Below are positions 1 to 8,471 of a DNA stretch of 64,000 nucleotides, piece after piece (position 1 is the stretch's first letter; each line of letters opens with the position of its first letter). The translations under genes were made by a program, and so were the position numbers. The notes below the pieces were generated by a model. It had not been told where the DNA came from, searched no databases, and was given only the letters and a program-made list of their open reading frames with translations. The stretch covers positions 998 through 64,997 of the forward strand of contig CAMZBI010000006.1 in NCBI GenBank assembly GCA_947304585.1, in the 5' to 3' direction. Origin of the DNA: an uncultured Clostridia bacterium. Its GTDB lineage: Bacteria > Bacillota > Clostridia > UBA1212.

Positions 1-1
1 T

Positions 2-1255
2 TCGGCATCCCGAAATGGTGTCACTGTGATTACAGGAGGTCCCGGAACCGGTAAAACAACGATAATTAAAGCTCTTATCAGGATACTGGGGGACAAGGGG
101 GTCAAAACCGTTCTCTGCGCACCCACGGGGAGAGCCGCCAAGAGAATGGCCACCGCCTGCGGCGAGGAGGCAAAGACCATCCACAGACTGCTGGAGCCGG
201 ATTTCAAGAACATGGCGCCGGAGTCAGGGGAACTGTCCGACGAACGGGAGATCAGGTTTAAGAGAAACGCCCAGAATCCTCTGGAGGCGGACTGTGTGAT
301 CGTTGACGAGATGTCGATGGTGGACACGCTTTTGATGCACTGCCTGCTCAGCGCAATGAAGTGGGGCTCCATGTTGGTCCTTGTCGGCGACAATAATCAG
401 TTGCCGTCGGTGGGACCGGGGCGGGTGCTGCGGGATATCATTGGCTCGGGACTTTTTGACACCATCAGACTTGAGAACATTTACCGGCAGAATCCGGACA
501 GCTTGATATCATATAACGCCTACCTTGTGAATAACGGAAAAATGCCGGAAATGAACAGGGAAAAGGGCGATTTCTTCCGCATGAGCGTAAGAGGCAGCGA
601 CGACTGTGTCGAACTGCTCAAATCTCTGGTCTCAAAACGTTTGCCTGATGCCTATGGAATCGACCCATTTACGGACATACAGGTGATCACGCCAAACAGG
701 AAGGGCAGGTGCGGCAGCCAGGCCCTCAGCTCAGAGATCCAGGCCATCCTGAATCCGCCGCCCGAAAGAGGAAAGGCTCCGGAAATCAAAAGTCAAGGCG
801 AAACGTTCAGGGTTGGCGACAGGGTGATGCACACAAAGAACGACTACGAGCTCGAGTGGGTGGATTACGACGACCCCGCTGTGGACGGCCAGGGAGTCTT
901 CAACGGCGAGATGGGCAGGATCGAGGAGATCGACACCGCAAGGCATTACGTGTACGTCCTGTTCTCGGACAACCACTACGTCTGCTACGACCGGCAGAAC
1001 ATGAACGAGCTTGAACTCTGCTATGCGATAACGGTCCACAAGAGCCAGGGCAGTGAGTTTGACTACTGCATTATACCCATCTGCAACGTCACCCAGACTC
1101 TTATGACCAGAAACCTTCTCTACACCGCCATAACGCGTGCGAAAAAGATGGCTGTGATTCTAGGAAGTCCGGAGGACCTGGCGCTGATGATCGCCAATAA
1201 CAAGGAAGTCCGGCGCAACACGACCCTTTTCAAAAACAACAAAATCGACTGGTGA
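2..1255 (+). CDS. recD2: RecD2-like SF1 helicase, C-terminal part (frame open to window edge)
   Basis: Walker A GGPGTGKT, APTGRAAKR, TIHRLL, VDEMSM, GDNNQLPSVG, YAITVHKSQGSEF, LLYTAITRA; no stop from position 2. Confidence 0.9.
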   Translation, partial: SASRNGVTVITGGPGTGKTTIIKALIRILGDKGVKTVLCAPTGRAAKRMATACGEEAKTIHRLLEPDFKNMAPESGELSDEREIRFKRNAQNPLEADCVIVDEMSMVDTLLMHCLLSAMKWGSMLVLVGDNNQLPSVGPGRVLRDIIGSGLFDTIRLENIYRQNPDSLISYNAYLVNNGKMPEMNREKGDFFRMSVRGSDDCVELLKSLVSKRLPDAYGIDPFTDIQVITPNRKGRCGSQALSSEIQAILNPPPERGKAPEIKSQGETFRVGDRVMHTKNDYELEWVDYDDPAVDGQGVFNGEMGRIEEIDTARHYVYVLFSDNHYVCYDRQNMNELELCYAITVHKSQGSEFDYCIIPICNVTQTLMTRNLLYTAITRAKKMAVILGSPEDLALMIANNKEVRRNTTLFKNNKIDW

Positions 1256-1258
1256 CAT

Positions 1259-2179
1259 ATGATAGTTTTTCAGACCGCACTGTTCACTGAGGCAGAGTTT
1301 TTAATTGACCATTACAGGCTAAAAGAGATCAAAGCCGGGAACCTTCCCGTAAGGCTTTTTTCTTTGGATGCCCGGGATGTTGCGGTTATAGTCACGGGAA
1401 CCGGAGCGGTCAACGCCTGTGCGGGTGTGGCCTCCTGCCTGACCTTCCTGAACGTTTCCAAGGGGGACGTTTTTGTCAATTTCGGAATGGCGGGTGCTCT
1501 TTGGGGCAAAAACTTCAGCGAACAGCTCAGACCCGGGGACGTGGTGAGATGCGCCAAAAGCACCCTTGGCGGCGAAGAAAAGAGGCCTTTTTATCCCGAT
1601 ATCATATTCGGCAGGGCGGAAAACCTTGCGGAGATAATTACTGTGAAAGATCCTTTTTCACTCCCTGAAGAGACTGTGCCCGGTCAGACGGTGCCAAGGG
1701 CTGTCGACATGGAGCTTTACTACGCCTTTTCATCCGCCAATATGTTCCTGGGCCCCGAGTCCCTGTCCTCCTTCAAGGTGATCTCGGACTATGCGGAGGA
1801 GACTGCAAAAAACGGCGGAAAGATCGACAAAGCTTTTTCTGCAAAACTGATAAAAGAAGCGGCTCCCGTGGTTGTTGAAGAGGCTGAAATGATCCACGCG
1901 GATGCACAGAAAGCCTTGAACAATTCCGGAAGAGCGCTCCTGGGCGATCTTAAGGAACTGTATGAGAAGGTGTGCGAAAGGCTTTCACTCTCTTTTTCAA
2001 GCCGCGGCATTCTGCTGAGGCGGATAACTAGAGACAAACTCAGCGGAAGATCCGATCGTGAGAAATTGGAAGCCATTCTGGCCATTCCCGACGAAAGTCT
2101 TCCCAAGGACAAAAAAAGCCGGGAGAGGATACTTTCGACCGCCTTCGGTGCAGAATGGGGGTGGGGCACGGATGATTGA
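1259..2179 (+). CDS. Nucleoside phosphorylase / MTA-SAH nucleosidase-like protein
   Basis: TAL..EA, VTGTGAVNA, NFGMAG, VDME and KVISD motifs of the PNP/MTAN fold; extra helical C-terminus. Confidence 0.7.
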   Translation: MIVFQTALFTEAEFLIDHYRLKEIKAGNLPVRLFSLDARDVAVIVTGTGAVNACAGVASCLTFLNVSKGDVFVNFGMAGALWGKNFSEQLRPGDVVRCAKSTLGGEEKRPFYPDIIFGRAENLAEIITVKDPFSLPEETVPGQTVPRAVDMELYYAFSSANMFLGPESLSSFKVISDYAEETAKNGGKIDKAFSAKLIKEAAPVVVEEAEMIHADAQKALNNSGRALLGDLKELYEKVCERLSLSFSSRGILLRRITRDKLSGRSDREKLEAILAIPDESLPKDKKSRERILSTAFGAEWGWGTDD

Positions 2180-3194
2180 CATCGTTTATGTCGAAAAAGA
2201 CGCTCTGGACATCCCTTTTACGAAGCAGGTGCTACCCAAACTTCCACGGGCCCGGGTGATAGTGATCGACCGGTGGGAAGACGTGTTCTACAGGAAGAAA
2301 CAGAACTACGCTCTTCAGATGAAAAACCGCAAGCTCATCATTGGCGTAAACCGCGAGAACTTTGTCATGAAGGGCTCGGACAACTGCCAAAGCGCCGGCT
2401 CCGAGGCCTTCTATTACTGCTCTTTTGCGAAAAACTGCATCGGCGGCTGCGATTACTGCTATCTCCGGGGGATGCTGCGCAGCGGCTATCTCCTGGCCTT
2501 TGCCAATATGCAGGACTGCTTTGAAGAGGTCCGTGAAATCGCGGAAAAAGAGGGAAAAACACTGATTGCTCTGTCCTACGACAACGACGTCTATGCCCTT
2601 GAAGGCCTTTTCGGCTACGTGGGAATGTGGGCGGATCTTGCGCGGTCGGAAGAACGTCCGGGGCTGACTTTTGAGATCAGGACGAAGTGCGGGACCAAAA
2701 TTTTTATTGACAAAGCGGCTCCTGCGCCGGAAAGTCTGGTGTTCACCTGGTCGGTGTCCTCCGCGGAGAATATAAAACGCTTTGAGAGGGGAACATCAAG
2801 TCTTAAGGCAAGGCTTGATGCGGCTGAATACGCCCTTGAAAAGGGGTTCAGGGTCAGATTGGCCCTTGATCCGGTTATTGCTGCGGGAGAAAACTGGAGA
2901 AAAGGATACGAAGAACTCTGCAGGGAGATCGGGCGGAGGGGCATTGGCAAAAAAATTGATGCGGTGATGACGGGCGGCTTTCGCATTCCGGCGGACTACC
3001 TGAAGATACTGAGAAGAAACATGCCTGACTCGCTTATAGCCCTTGACGATTACGAGGTAAGAGAGGGGACGGCGGGCTATCCTCCGGCAAAGGAGAAGCT
3101 GCTGGTGAGTTTTGTGCTGAATGAGCTTGAAAACAGCGCCGGAGTACCGAAAGACAGGATATTCGTGTACGGCGGGGAAGAGGAAAAGCGATGA
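2172..3194 (+). CDS. Radical SAM protein, spore photoproduct lyase-like
   Basis: CIGGCDYC (CxxxCxxC), EIRTK and RFERGTSSLKARL resemble SPL family; ATG 2172 overlaps upstream stop. Confidence 0.8.
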   Translation: MIDIVYVEKDALDIPFTKQVLPKLPRARVIVIDRWEDVFYRKKQNYALQMKNRKLIIGVNRENFVMKGSDNCQSAGSEAFYYCSFAKNCIGGCDYCYLRGMLRSGYLLAFANMQDCFEEVREIAEKEGKTLIALSYDNDVYALEGLFGYVGMWADLARSEERPGLTFEIRTKCGTKIFIDKAAPAPESLVFTWSVSSAENIKRFERGTSSLKARLDAAEYALEKGFRVRLALDPVIAAGENWRKGYEELCREIGRRGIGKKIDAVMTGGFRIPADYLKILRRNMPDSLIALDDYEVREGTAGYPPAKEKLLVSFVLNELENSAGVPKDRIFVYGGEEEKR

Positions 3195-3895
3195 AGATCT
3201 GTGTTGTAACAGGAGCAAATTCGGGTATCGGAAGGGCGGTGGCACTGAGGCTACTCGGTGAAGGCTGCAAGGTCTACTGCGTCTGCGGTCCTTCGGGAAA
3301 GGGCGTTGATTTCGGATGCGCCAATGCAGAGGTCCTTACCTGCGACTTCAGAAAGCGGGAGGACATAATGAAGGTGCTTGGCGCCGTGAAGGAGGACAGG
3401 GTGGACATTCTGGTCAACGGTGCGGGACTGGCGTTTTACGGCCTTTCGGAGTGCATGGACCCCGGAAATATTTCAGATATGGTGGACGTGAACGTCAAGG
3501 CTCCACTTATGATAACTTCTGCGCTGATGCAGAAAATCAGAAAGGCCGAGGGAACAGTCATCAACATATCGTCGGTCACCGCCGGAAACTTTGCAAGTCC
3601 CCACGGAGCGGCCTACGGAGCCACCAAGGCGGCCCTCACTTCCTTCGGAAGAAGTCTGTTCGAAGAGGAGAGAAAGCACGGGGTCAGGGTGATCAATATC
3701 CACCCGGATCTCACCGATACGGATCTTTACAGGAATGCGGACTTTACGGTGACCGGTGAGCCGGATTCGACTCTTTTTGCGGAGGACGTGGCGGATTTTG
3801 CAGAAGCGGTGCTCGGCGCAAGAGAGGGCATGTGCGTGACCGAGATCACTTTGAGGCCCCAGAAGAACCGGATCGTAAAAAAGGACAAGACGTGA
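3191..3895 (+). CDS. Short-chain dehydrogenase/reductase
   Basis: TGANSGIG, NGAG, INISS, YGATK (YxxxK); ATGA overlap with upstream gene. Confidence 0.92.
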   Translation: MKICVVTGANSGIGRAVALRLLGEGCKVYCVCGPSGKGVDFGCANAEVLTCDFRKREDIMKVLGAVKEDRVDILVNGAGLAFYGLSECMDPGNISDMVDVNVKAPLMITSALMQKIRKAEGTVINISSVTAGNFASPHGAAYGATKAALTSFGRSLFEEERKHGVRVINIHPDLTDTDLYRNADFTVTGEPDSTLFAEDVADFAEAVLGAREGMCVTEITLRPQKNRIVKKDKT

Positions 3896-3968
3896 ACGGC
3901 TTTTATTGCAGCTTACAGGCGAATGGCGGCTTCTTAAAGCGCAGCCGGAATTGTTATAAAATGCAAAC

Positions 3969-3993
3969 AAGGGGACCCGGCCGGTCCCCTTTT
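3969..3993. terminator. Intrinsic terminator between convergent genes
   Basis: aaggggacc...ggtcccctt stem followed by T tract. Confidence 0.65.
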
Positions 3994-4014
3994 GATGATA
4001 TATATCATAAGACG

Positions 4015-4716
4015 TCAGTCCCTCGAAAACAGAAGCCTTACGTGCTCGTCCATGAGGAGCAGCTCGTCGGGGCTGTAGATGGCTTTGGCGGCGGCAACTG
4101 CTTCACAGTTCTTCGACAACACCCCGTGGCAGAGGACCGGAAGGTTCACCTCTCTTGCAAATTCCCTGATTTTGAGCTCGCCTGCCGTGATGACCGAACT
4201 GTCCGTGTACTGCAGCAGGTTGGAGTTGCCGAAGATCCCGTTTATCTTGAGCAGGGTGGCGTCCTCGATCTCTCTGAAGATCTTTAGAGTATCGGGAACG
4301 TTTGCCGTGAAGGGCCTGAAGGGGTTTAGAACAAAGAATATGGTGTGATCACGGGAACCAATGTTTCCCGCGTAATAGCCGCAGGCTCTGGCGCCAAGGT
4401 CGTCACCGCCCACGTCAAGTATCACGTAGGTTTCTTTGTCGGATATTACCTGGCCCATCCGTCCGGTGAGGGCGGGAACGTCAACGTTGGTGTTGGCAAA
4501 GAGCATGGTCTCAACTTGAATGCCAAGCTTTTCCAGGTCTTCCCTTGCGTCGGCGCTCCGGAAAAAGGGGTTGATGATGTCCATGTCGATGAGGGCGACG
4601 TTGGCGTAGGGCTTACGGCGCTTCAGATCCATGGCGAAATTGACGGCCGCCTCGGTCTTGCCGCTGCCGAAATGTCCCGTGAACACGTAGAGGTGGGGCT
4701 TGTCTGAATAGATCAT
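4015..4716 (-). CDS. P-loop NTPase (MinD/ParA/CobQ-like), uncharacterised
   Basis: GHFGSGKTE, DMDIINPFFRS, LDVGGD; start at 4716 overlaps prmA stop (ATGA). Confidence 0.75.
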   Translation of the reverse strand: MIYSDKPHLYVFTGHFGSGKTEAAVNFAMDLKRRKPYANVALIDMDIINPFFRSADAREDLEKLGIQVETMLFANTNVDVPALTGRMGQVISDKETYVILDVGGDDLGARACGYYAGNIGSRDHTIFFVLNPFRPFTANVPDTLKIFREIEDATLLKINGIFGNSNLLQYTDSSVITAGELKIREFAREVNLPVLCHGVLSKNCEAVAAAKAIYSPDELLLMDEHVRLLFSRD

Positions 4717-5672
4717 CGGGAACCCTTTCTCCTCAGCACGGCTGCGCACCAGCCCTTTTCCCTGAGGACCCTAGTCATTTCGAGGCCGCAGCGCTCGCAC
4801 TCAAAGAGCACGTCCTGAAGCCTGACGTCGATTATACCAGACACGATGATCACCCCGGAGGGTGCGAGAAGCCTTCCTGTATCCGGGAGCAGCCGGATTA
4901 TTATATCTGCAACTATATTTGCGCAGATCACCGAAAAACGTCCCTGAACATCCTCAGCCAAGTCGCCGCAAATGAGTTTGAACCTGTCGCCGACACCGTT
5001 GAGCTTCGCGTTCTCGCCGGCGATCTTAACCGAAAGGGCGTCGATGTCGACTCCCGTGACGTTCCCCGCGCCAAGCAGCAGCCCCGCTATGCCAAGAATC
5101 CCGCTGCCCGTGCCCACGTCCAGCATTTCGGTCCGTTTATCCACGTAATCTTCAAGCAGTTCCATGCAGAGCCTGGTGGTCTCGTGCTGACCGGAGCCGA
5201 AAGCCATTCCCGGGTCGATCACAAGCCTTTTCCTGCCCTCAAGATCCGCCTCGATCCCTTCGGGGGAGACTTTGTCATCCGCCTCTTCCCATGTGGGCAC
5301 GAGACGAAGCATTTTGCCTATATTTACAGGTTTGAAATACTTTTTCCAGTTGTTTGCCCAGTCCTCTTCCTTCACCTGGTCGCTTTCAAATTCGAAGGGG
5401 ATGCCCTCGGCCTTCAGCCGCTCGCTGATAAACTGGGCGTATTCTGAGGGGTTTTCCTCGGGACTCACGTAAACGTGGATCTTGGCGATGTTTCTGTCTT
5501 TATTGAGAAGCTCCTCGTCGATCACCTCGACAGGCCCGAAAAGCTCCAGATCCTCCTCGAGGTTCGAGTAGTCCTCAATATAAAGACCGCGGGAAATGCA
5601 CATTCCCGCAATTGCCTCTGCGGAGGGAAGGTCCGCAGGTGAAATAACTATTGTAAGGTCAGTCCAGTCCAT
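4713..5672 (-). CDS. prmA: 50S ribosomal protein L11 methyltransferase
   Basis: DWANNWKKYFKP, IDPGMAFGSGQHETT, LDVGTGSGIL, ANI, SGII. Confidence 0.95.
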   Translation of the reverse strand: MDWTDLTIVISPADLPSAEAIAGMCISRGLYIEDYSNLEEDLELFGPVEVIDEELLNKDRNIAKIHVYVSPEENPSEYAQFISERLKAEGIPFEFESDQVKEEDWANNWKKYFKPVNIGKMLRLVPTWEEADDKVSPEGIEADLEGRKRLVIDPGMAFGSGQHETTRLCMELLEDYVDKRTEMLDVGTGSGILGIAGLLLGAGNVTGVDIDALSVKIAGENAKLNGVGDRFKLICGDLAEDVQGRFSVICANIVADIIIRLLPDTGRLLAPSGVIIVSGIIDVRLQDVLFECERCGLEMTRVLREKGWCAAVLRRKGSR

Positions 5673-5737
5673 TTTTAAATACCGTGTGCCGCCTGCGCAG
5701 AGCAGGGCGGAATTGATCGGCCGTTGATAACAGGCCG

Positions 5738-6739
5738 TCAGTCGTTGAAGAATTTTGGCGTTACGTGAAGATCCGTGATCACCGTAAACATCTGGGGCGA
5801 TCTGAAAAGCCTGAAGGCCTTCTGCACGTCCTCTCTGGTGTCGTAGATGGCGAAGATTGTGGAGCCGCTGCCGGACATCATTGCTCCGAGGGGTTCCGTT
5901 GCCAAAATCTTCTTCTTGAGATGCATCAGCTCGGGTTCCAGCTCAAAGGCGGGCTTTTCCAGCACGTTCTTCATGTTCGGCGCAAAAGTGTAAACGTCGT
6001 TGTTTTTGATGGCTTCGAGAAGCAGCTCTGTGTCAGGATGGCTCTCCGGGGAAAGCCTCATCTGATCGATCTTTTCGTAGACCTTTTCCGTGGATATGAA
6101 GATGCCGGGGTTGACCACCAAAAGATATCCGTTGGTGAGAGAGGGAATGGGGCGAAGGTCGGTGCCTGTGCCTGTGGCAAAAGCCGTTCCGCCCATGATC
6201 AGAAACGGTATATCGGAGCCCAGGGGTTTTCCGATCTCTATCAGCTGCTCCGTTGTGAGGGAGAGGCCGAAAAGCTTGTTGAGTCCTACAAGGGTCGCCG
6301 CTGCATCTGCGCTTCCGCCTCCCATGCCGCCGCCAACGGGGATGTTCTTCTTTACGTGGATCCCCAGCTTACCGGTGTATCCGGCAAGGTTTTTCATGAT
6401 GAGAGCTGCCTGATAGGCAAGGTTTTTCGAATCCGCGGGGAGTCTGGGATTGGTGCAGGTGAAAATTATATTGTCCGAGGGATCCGTGGGCCGCACGGGC
6501 ACGCCTCTTGCGATCAGCGCCGCGATCCTCTCGTCATAGCGCCTTTTGCACCTTGCTATCTCGCCAATGAGATCTTCTCTAAGATTTTCAACTGCGTCCG
6601 GTGTGTAAAGAACGACCCTGTCGTAAACGTTGATCGTCTGCATGATCATGTCCACAAGGTGGTAGCCGTTCTCGGCAAATCCCTTCACGTCAATGGAAAA
6701 ATTGACCTTGGCGTTTGCGTTTATAGAAACTAGACCCAT
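5738..6739 (-). CDS. ispE: 4-diphosphocytidyl-2-C-methyl-D-erythritol kinase
   Basis: AKVN, GYH, IPVGGGMGGGSAD (GHMP loop), GSDIPF, MSGSGS. Confidence 0.95.
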   Translation of the reverse strand: MGLVSINANAKVNFSIDVKGFAENGYHLVDMIMQTINVYDRVVLYTPDAVENLREDLIGEIARCKRRYDERIAALIARGVPVRPTDPSDNIIFTCTNPRLPADSKNLAYQAALIMKNLAGYTGKLGIHVKKNIPVGGGMGGGSADAAATLVGLNKLFGLSLTTEQLIEIGKPLGSDIPFLIMGGTAFATGTGTDLRPIPSLTNGYLLVVNPGIFISTEKVYEKIDQMRLSPESHPDTELLLEAIKNNDVYTFAPNMKNVLEKPAFELEPELMHLKKKILATEPLGAMMSGSGSTIFAIYDTREDVQKAFRLFRSPQMFTVITDLHVTPKFFND

Positions 6740-6872
6740 TTCTTCCTCCGGAAAGACTGCAAATATTGTTCTAAAATGCTTCCCTGTAAAATGATTCTAA
6801 CACATCGGGAGCTGCTCCGCAAGAACTTTCAAAAGCAGCCCGATCCGTTTGTTTCCGGCACAAGGAGCACTA

Positions 6873-8249
6873 CTATACTCTGAAGATCTGTATCACCAGA
6901 ACGTCGCCGTCGAACTCATATTTCCAGAATTCGAAACGGTCCGAAAAGACCGCATTGTAGTCGCCAATGATCTTCTCCAGGTATTCGCAGTCATAGTCAT
7001 CGCTGCCGCTTTCAAGAAGCTTTTGAATGGCTGATCTGTCCGAGGCACTCTCCGCTTTTAACATGACGTATGAGATCAGAGAATCCTTCTCTCTGTTTTC
7101 GGAAAAATGGCCAATAGCCCGCATGAGGGTGTCGTAGAAACTGCCGGAATTGAAGGTCAGACCGAAATATTTGAAATATTCCGCGTTGTCACTGCTGAAT
7201 GAGGGCAGATCTTTTTTAATGGCTTGGTGGACGGTGTGGTTTGTCCTGATCTTGGCGTCGTTGTTGAAATATTGAGGAAACGATTTGATTCCTCCTTCGC
7301 CGAAGGTAACGTCAACGGGATACCACTTGCCGCCGATCTTCACGCCGTTCCACTTATGGGCCTCCGTAACGCCCTTGTTGTTTGTGGCTTCGCCGGTGAT
7401 GCCGATGCAGGGGATACCCACCATGTAACACATGTACTGGAAAGCCTCGGCAAAGCCCTGGCACACGCATTTTTTGCCTATAAGTGCCCCGTAAAGAGAG
7501 TAGGCGTTATCCGCGTTCAGATCGTATTTGACGTTCTTTGCCAGGTATTCGTACAGGATCAGTTCGGCTTCGATGTCCGACGCCCCGGAGGGTACGGTGT
7601 CCACGATCTTGCGGGCAGCCGCCTCCACTTTTTGTTTCATGGCGGGTATCTCGGACTTGTCGAAAAGAAGTCCCAGGTTTATCGCGTCAATGTTGTCCGA
7701 GGGCCCGGTGGCATAGAATCCGTCGTAATACCAGAATATTTCCGGATGGTCAAGGGTAAACAGTCTGTAGATCGATTCGATCTCGCTGAAACTTACGTCG
7801 GTTGAAATGGCGATCTTTTCCTGATATTTGAGAGCCCCGGACAGGATCTCGTCGTAGGCCTTTTTGTATTTTGAAGACAACGTCTCACGCCAATAGTAAT
7901 CCGCCGGCACCGCATTGTAGGACTTGGTGATGCGGACAGTGCTTCCCCTATAGGATGGCACGTAGTTATCTTCCCATGTGACAGCCGGGGAAGAGGAGGG
8001 CTCGTCGTTTTTCTTTGTGGATTCCGGAGTGTTTTGAGAGGGAGCGGGCGTTGGCGTGTTATCCGAAGGTTCGTCCCCGTAAGGCGTTTCATCAGGAATG
8101 TCCGAAGGCTCGGCAGTGCCCAGTTCTTCAACAAGTCTGTTTATAACGCTCCCGGCTATGTCCTCAAAAGAACAGGACGTCAGAACAGCGGCAGCAAGCA
8201 GAAAAGAGAGTATGAAACACAGTGTTTTTACAAGCGTTTTCCTTTTCAT
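6873..8249 (-). CDS. Lipoprotein with transglutaminase-like domain
   Basis: Lipobox LTSC, P/S/T/E linker, VCQGFA / HKWN / VDVT Cys-His-Asp triad; GGAGG before ATG 8249. Confidence 0.8.
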   Translation of the reverse strand: MKRKTLVKTLCFILSFLLAAAVLTSCSFEDIAGSVINRLVEELGTAEPSDIPDETPYGDEPSDNTPTPAPSQNTPESTKKNDEPSSSPAVTWEDNYVPSYRGSTVRITKSYNAVPADYYWRETLSSKYKKAYDEILSGALKYQEKIAISTDVSFSEIESIYRLFTLDHPEIFWYYDGFYATGPSDNIDAINLGLLFDKSEIPAMKQKVEAAARKIVDTVPSGASDIEAELILYEYLAKNVKYDLNADNAYSLYGALIGKKCVCQGFAEAFQYMCYMVGIPCIGITGEATNNKGVTEAHKWNGVKIGGKWYPVDVTFGEGGIKSFPQYFNNDAKIRTNHTVHQAIKKDLPSFSSDNAEYFKYFGLTFNSGSFYDTLMRAIGHFSENREKDSLISYVMLKAESASDRSAIQKLLESGSDDYDCEYLEKIIGDYNAVFSDRFEFWKYEFDGDVLVIQIFRV

Positions 8250-8323
8250 AACGGACCTCCCGGAACAATGATGGGAACATATAATTAAATACCATAGAAG
8301 GGGCGGAAATGCAACTTTTTTTA

Positions 8324-8352
8324 TTGACAATGACAGGCGGTTTTAATATACT
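8324..8352 (+). promoter_or_regulatory. SigmaA-like promoter for EF-G paralogue
   Basis: TTGACA-17-TATACT. Confidence 0.7.
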
Positions 8353-8471
8353 ATCGGTAAGTGTGTTGCGGCGGGAAGCGGGCAGCGCGATCCCGTTTTC
8401 AAAACAGGGAGACACAGAACGCCGGCCGCATTCGCCATTACTAATATCATCAGTTTGGAGGAATTTGTATT

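Noticed and set aside
2058..2171. Upstream extension of the radical SAM ORF
   Set aside because: Lies inside the previous gene; ATG 2172 gives normal coupling.
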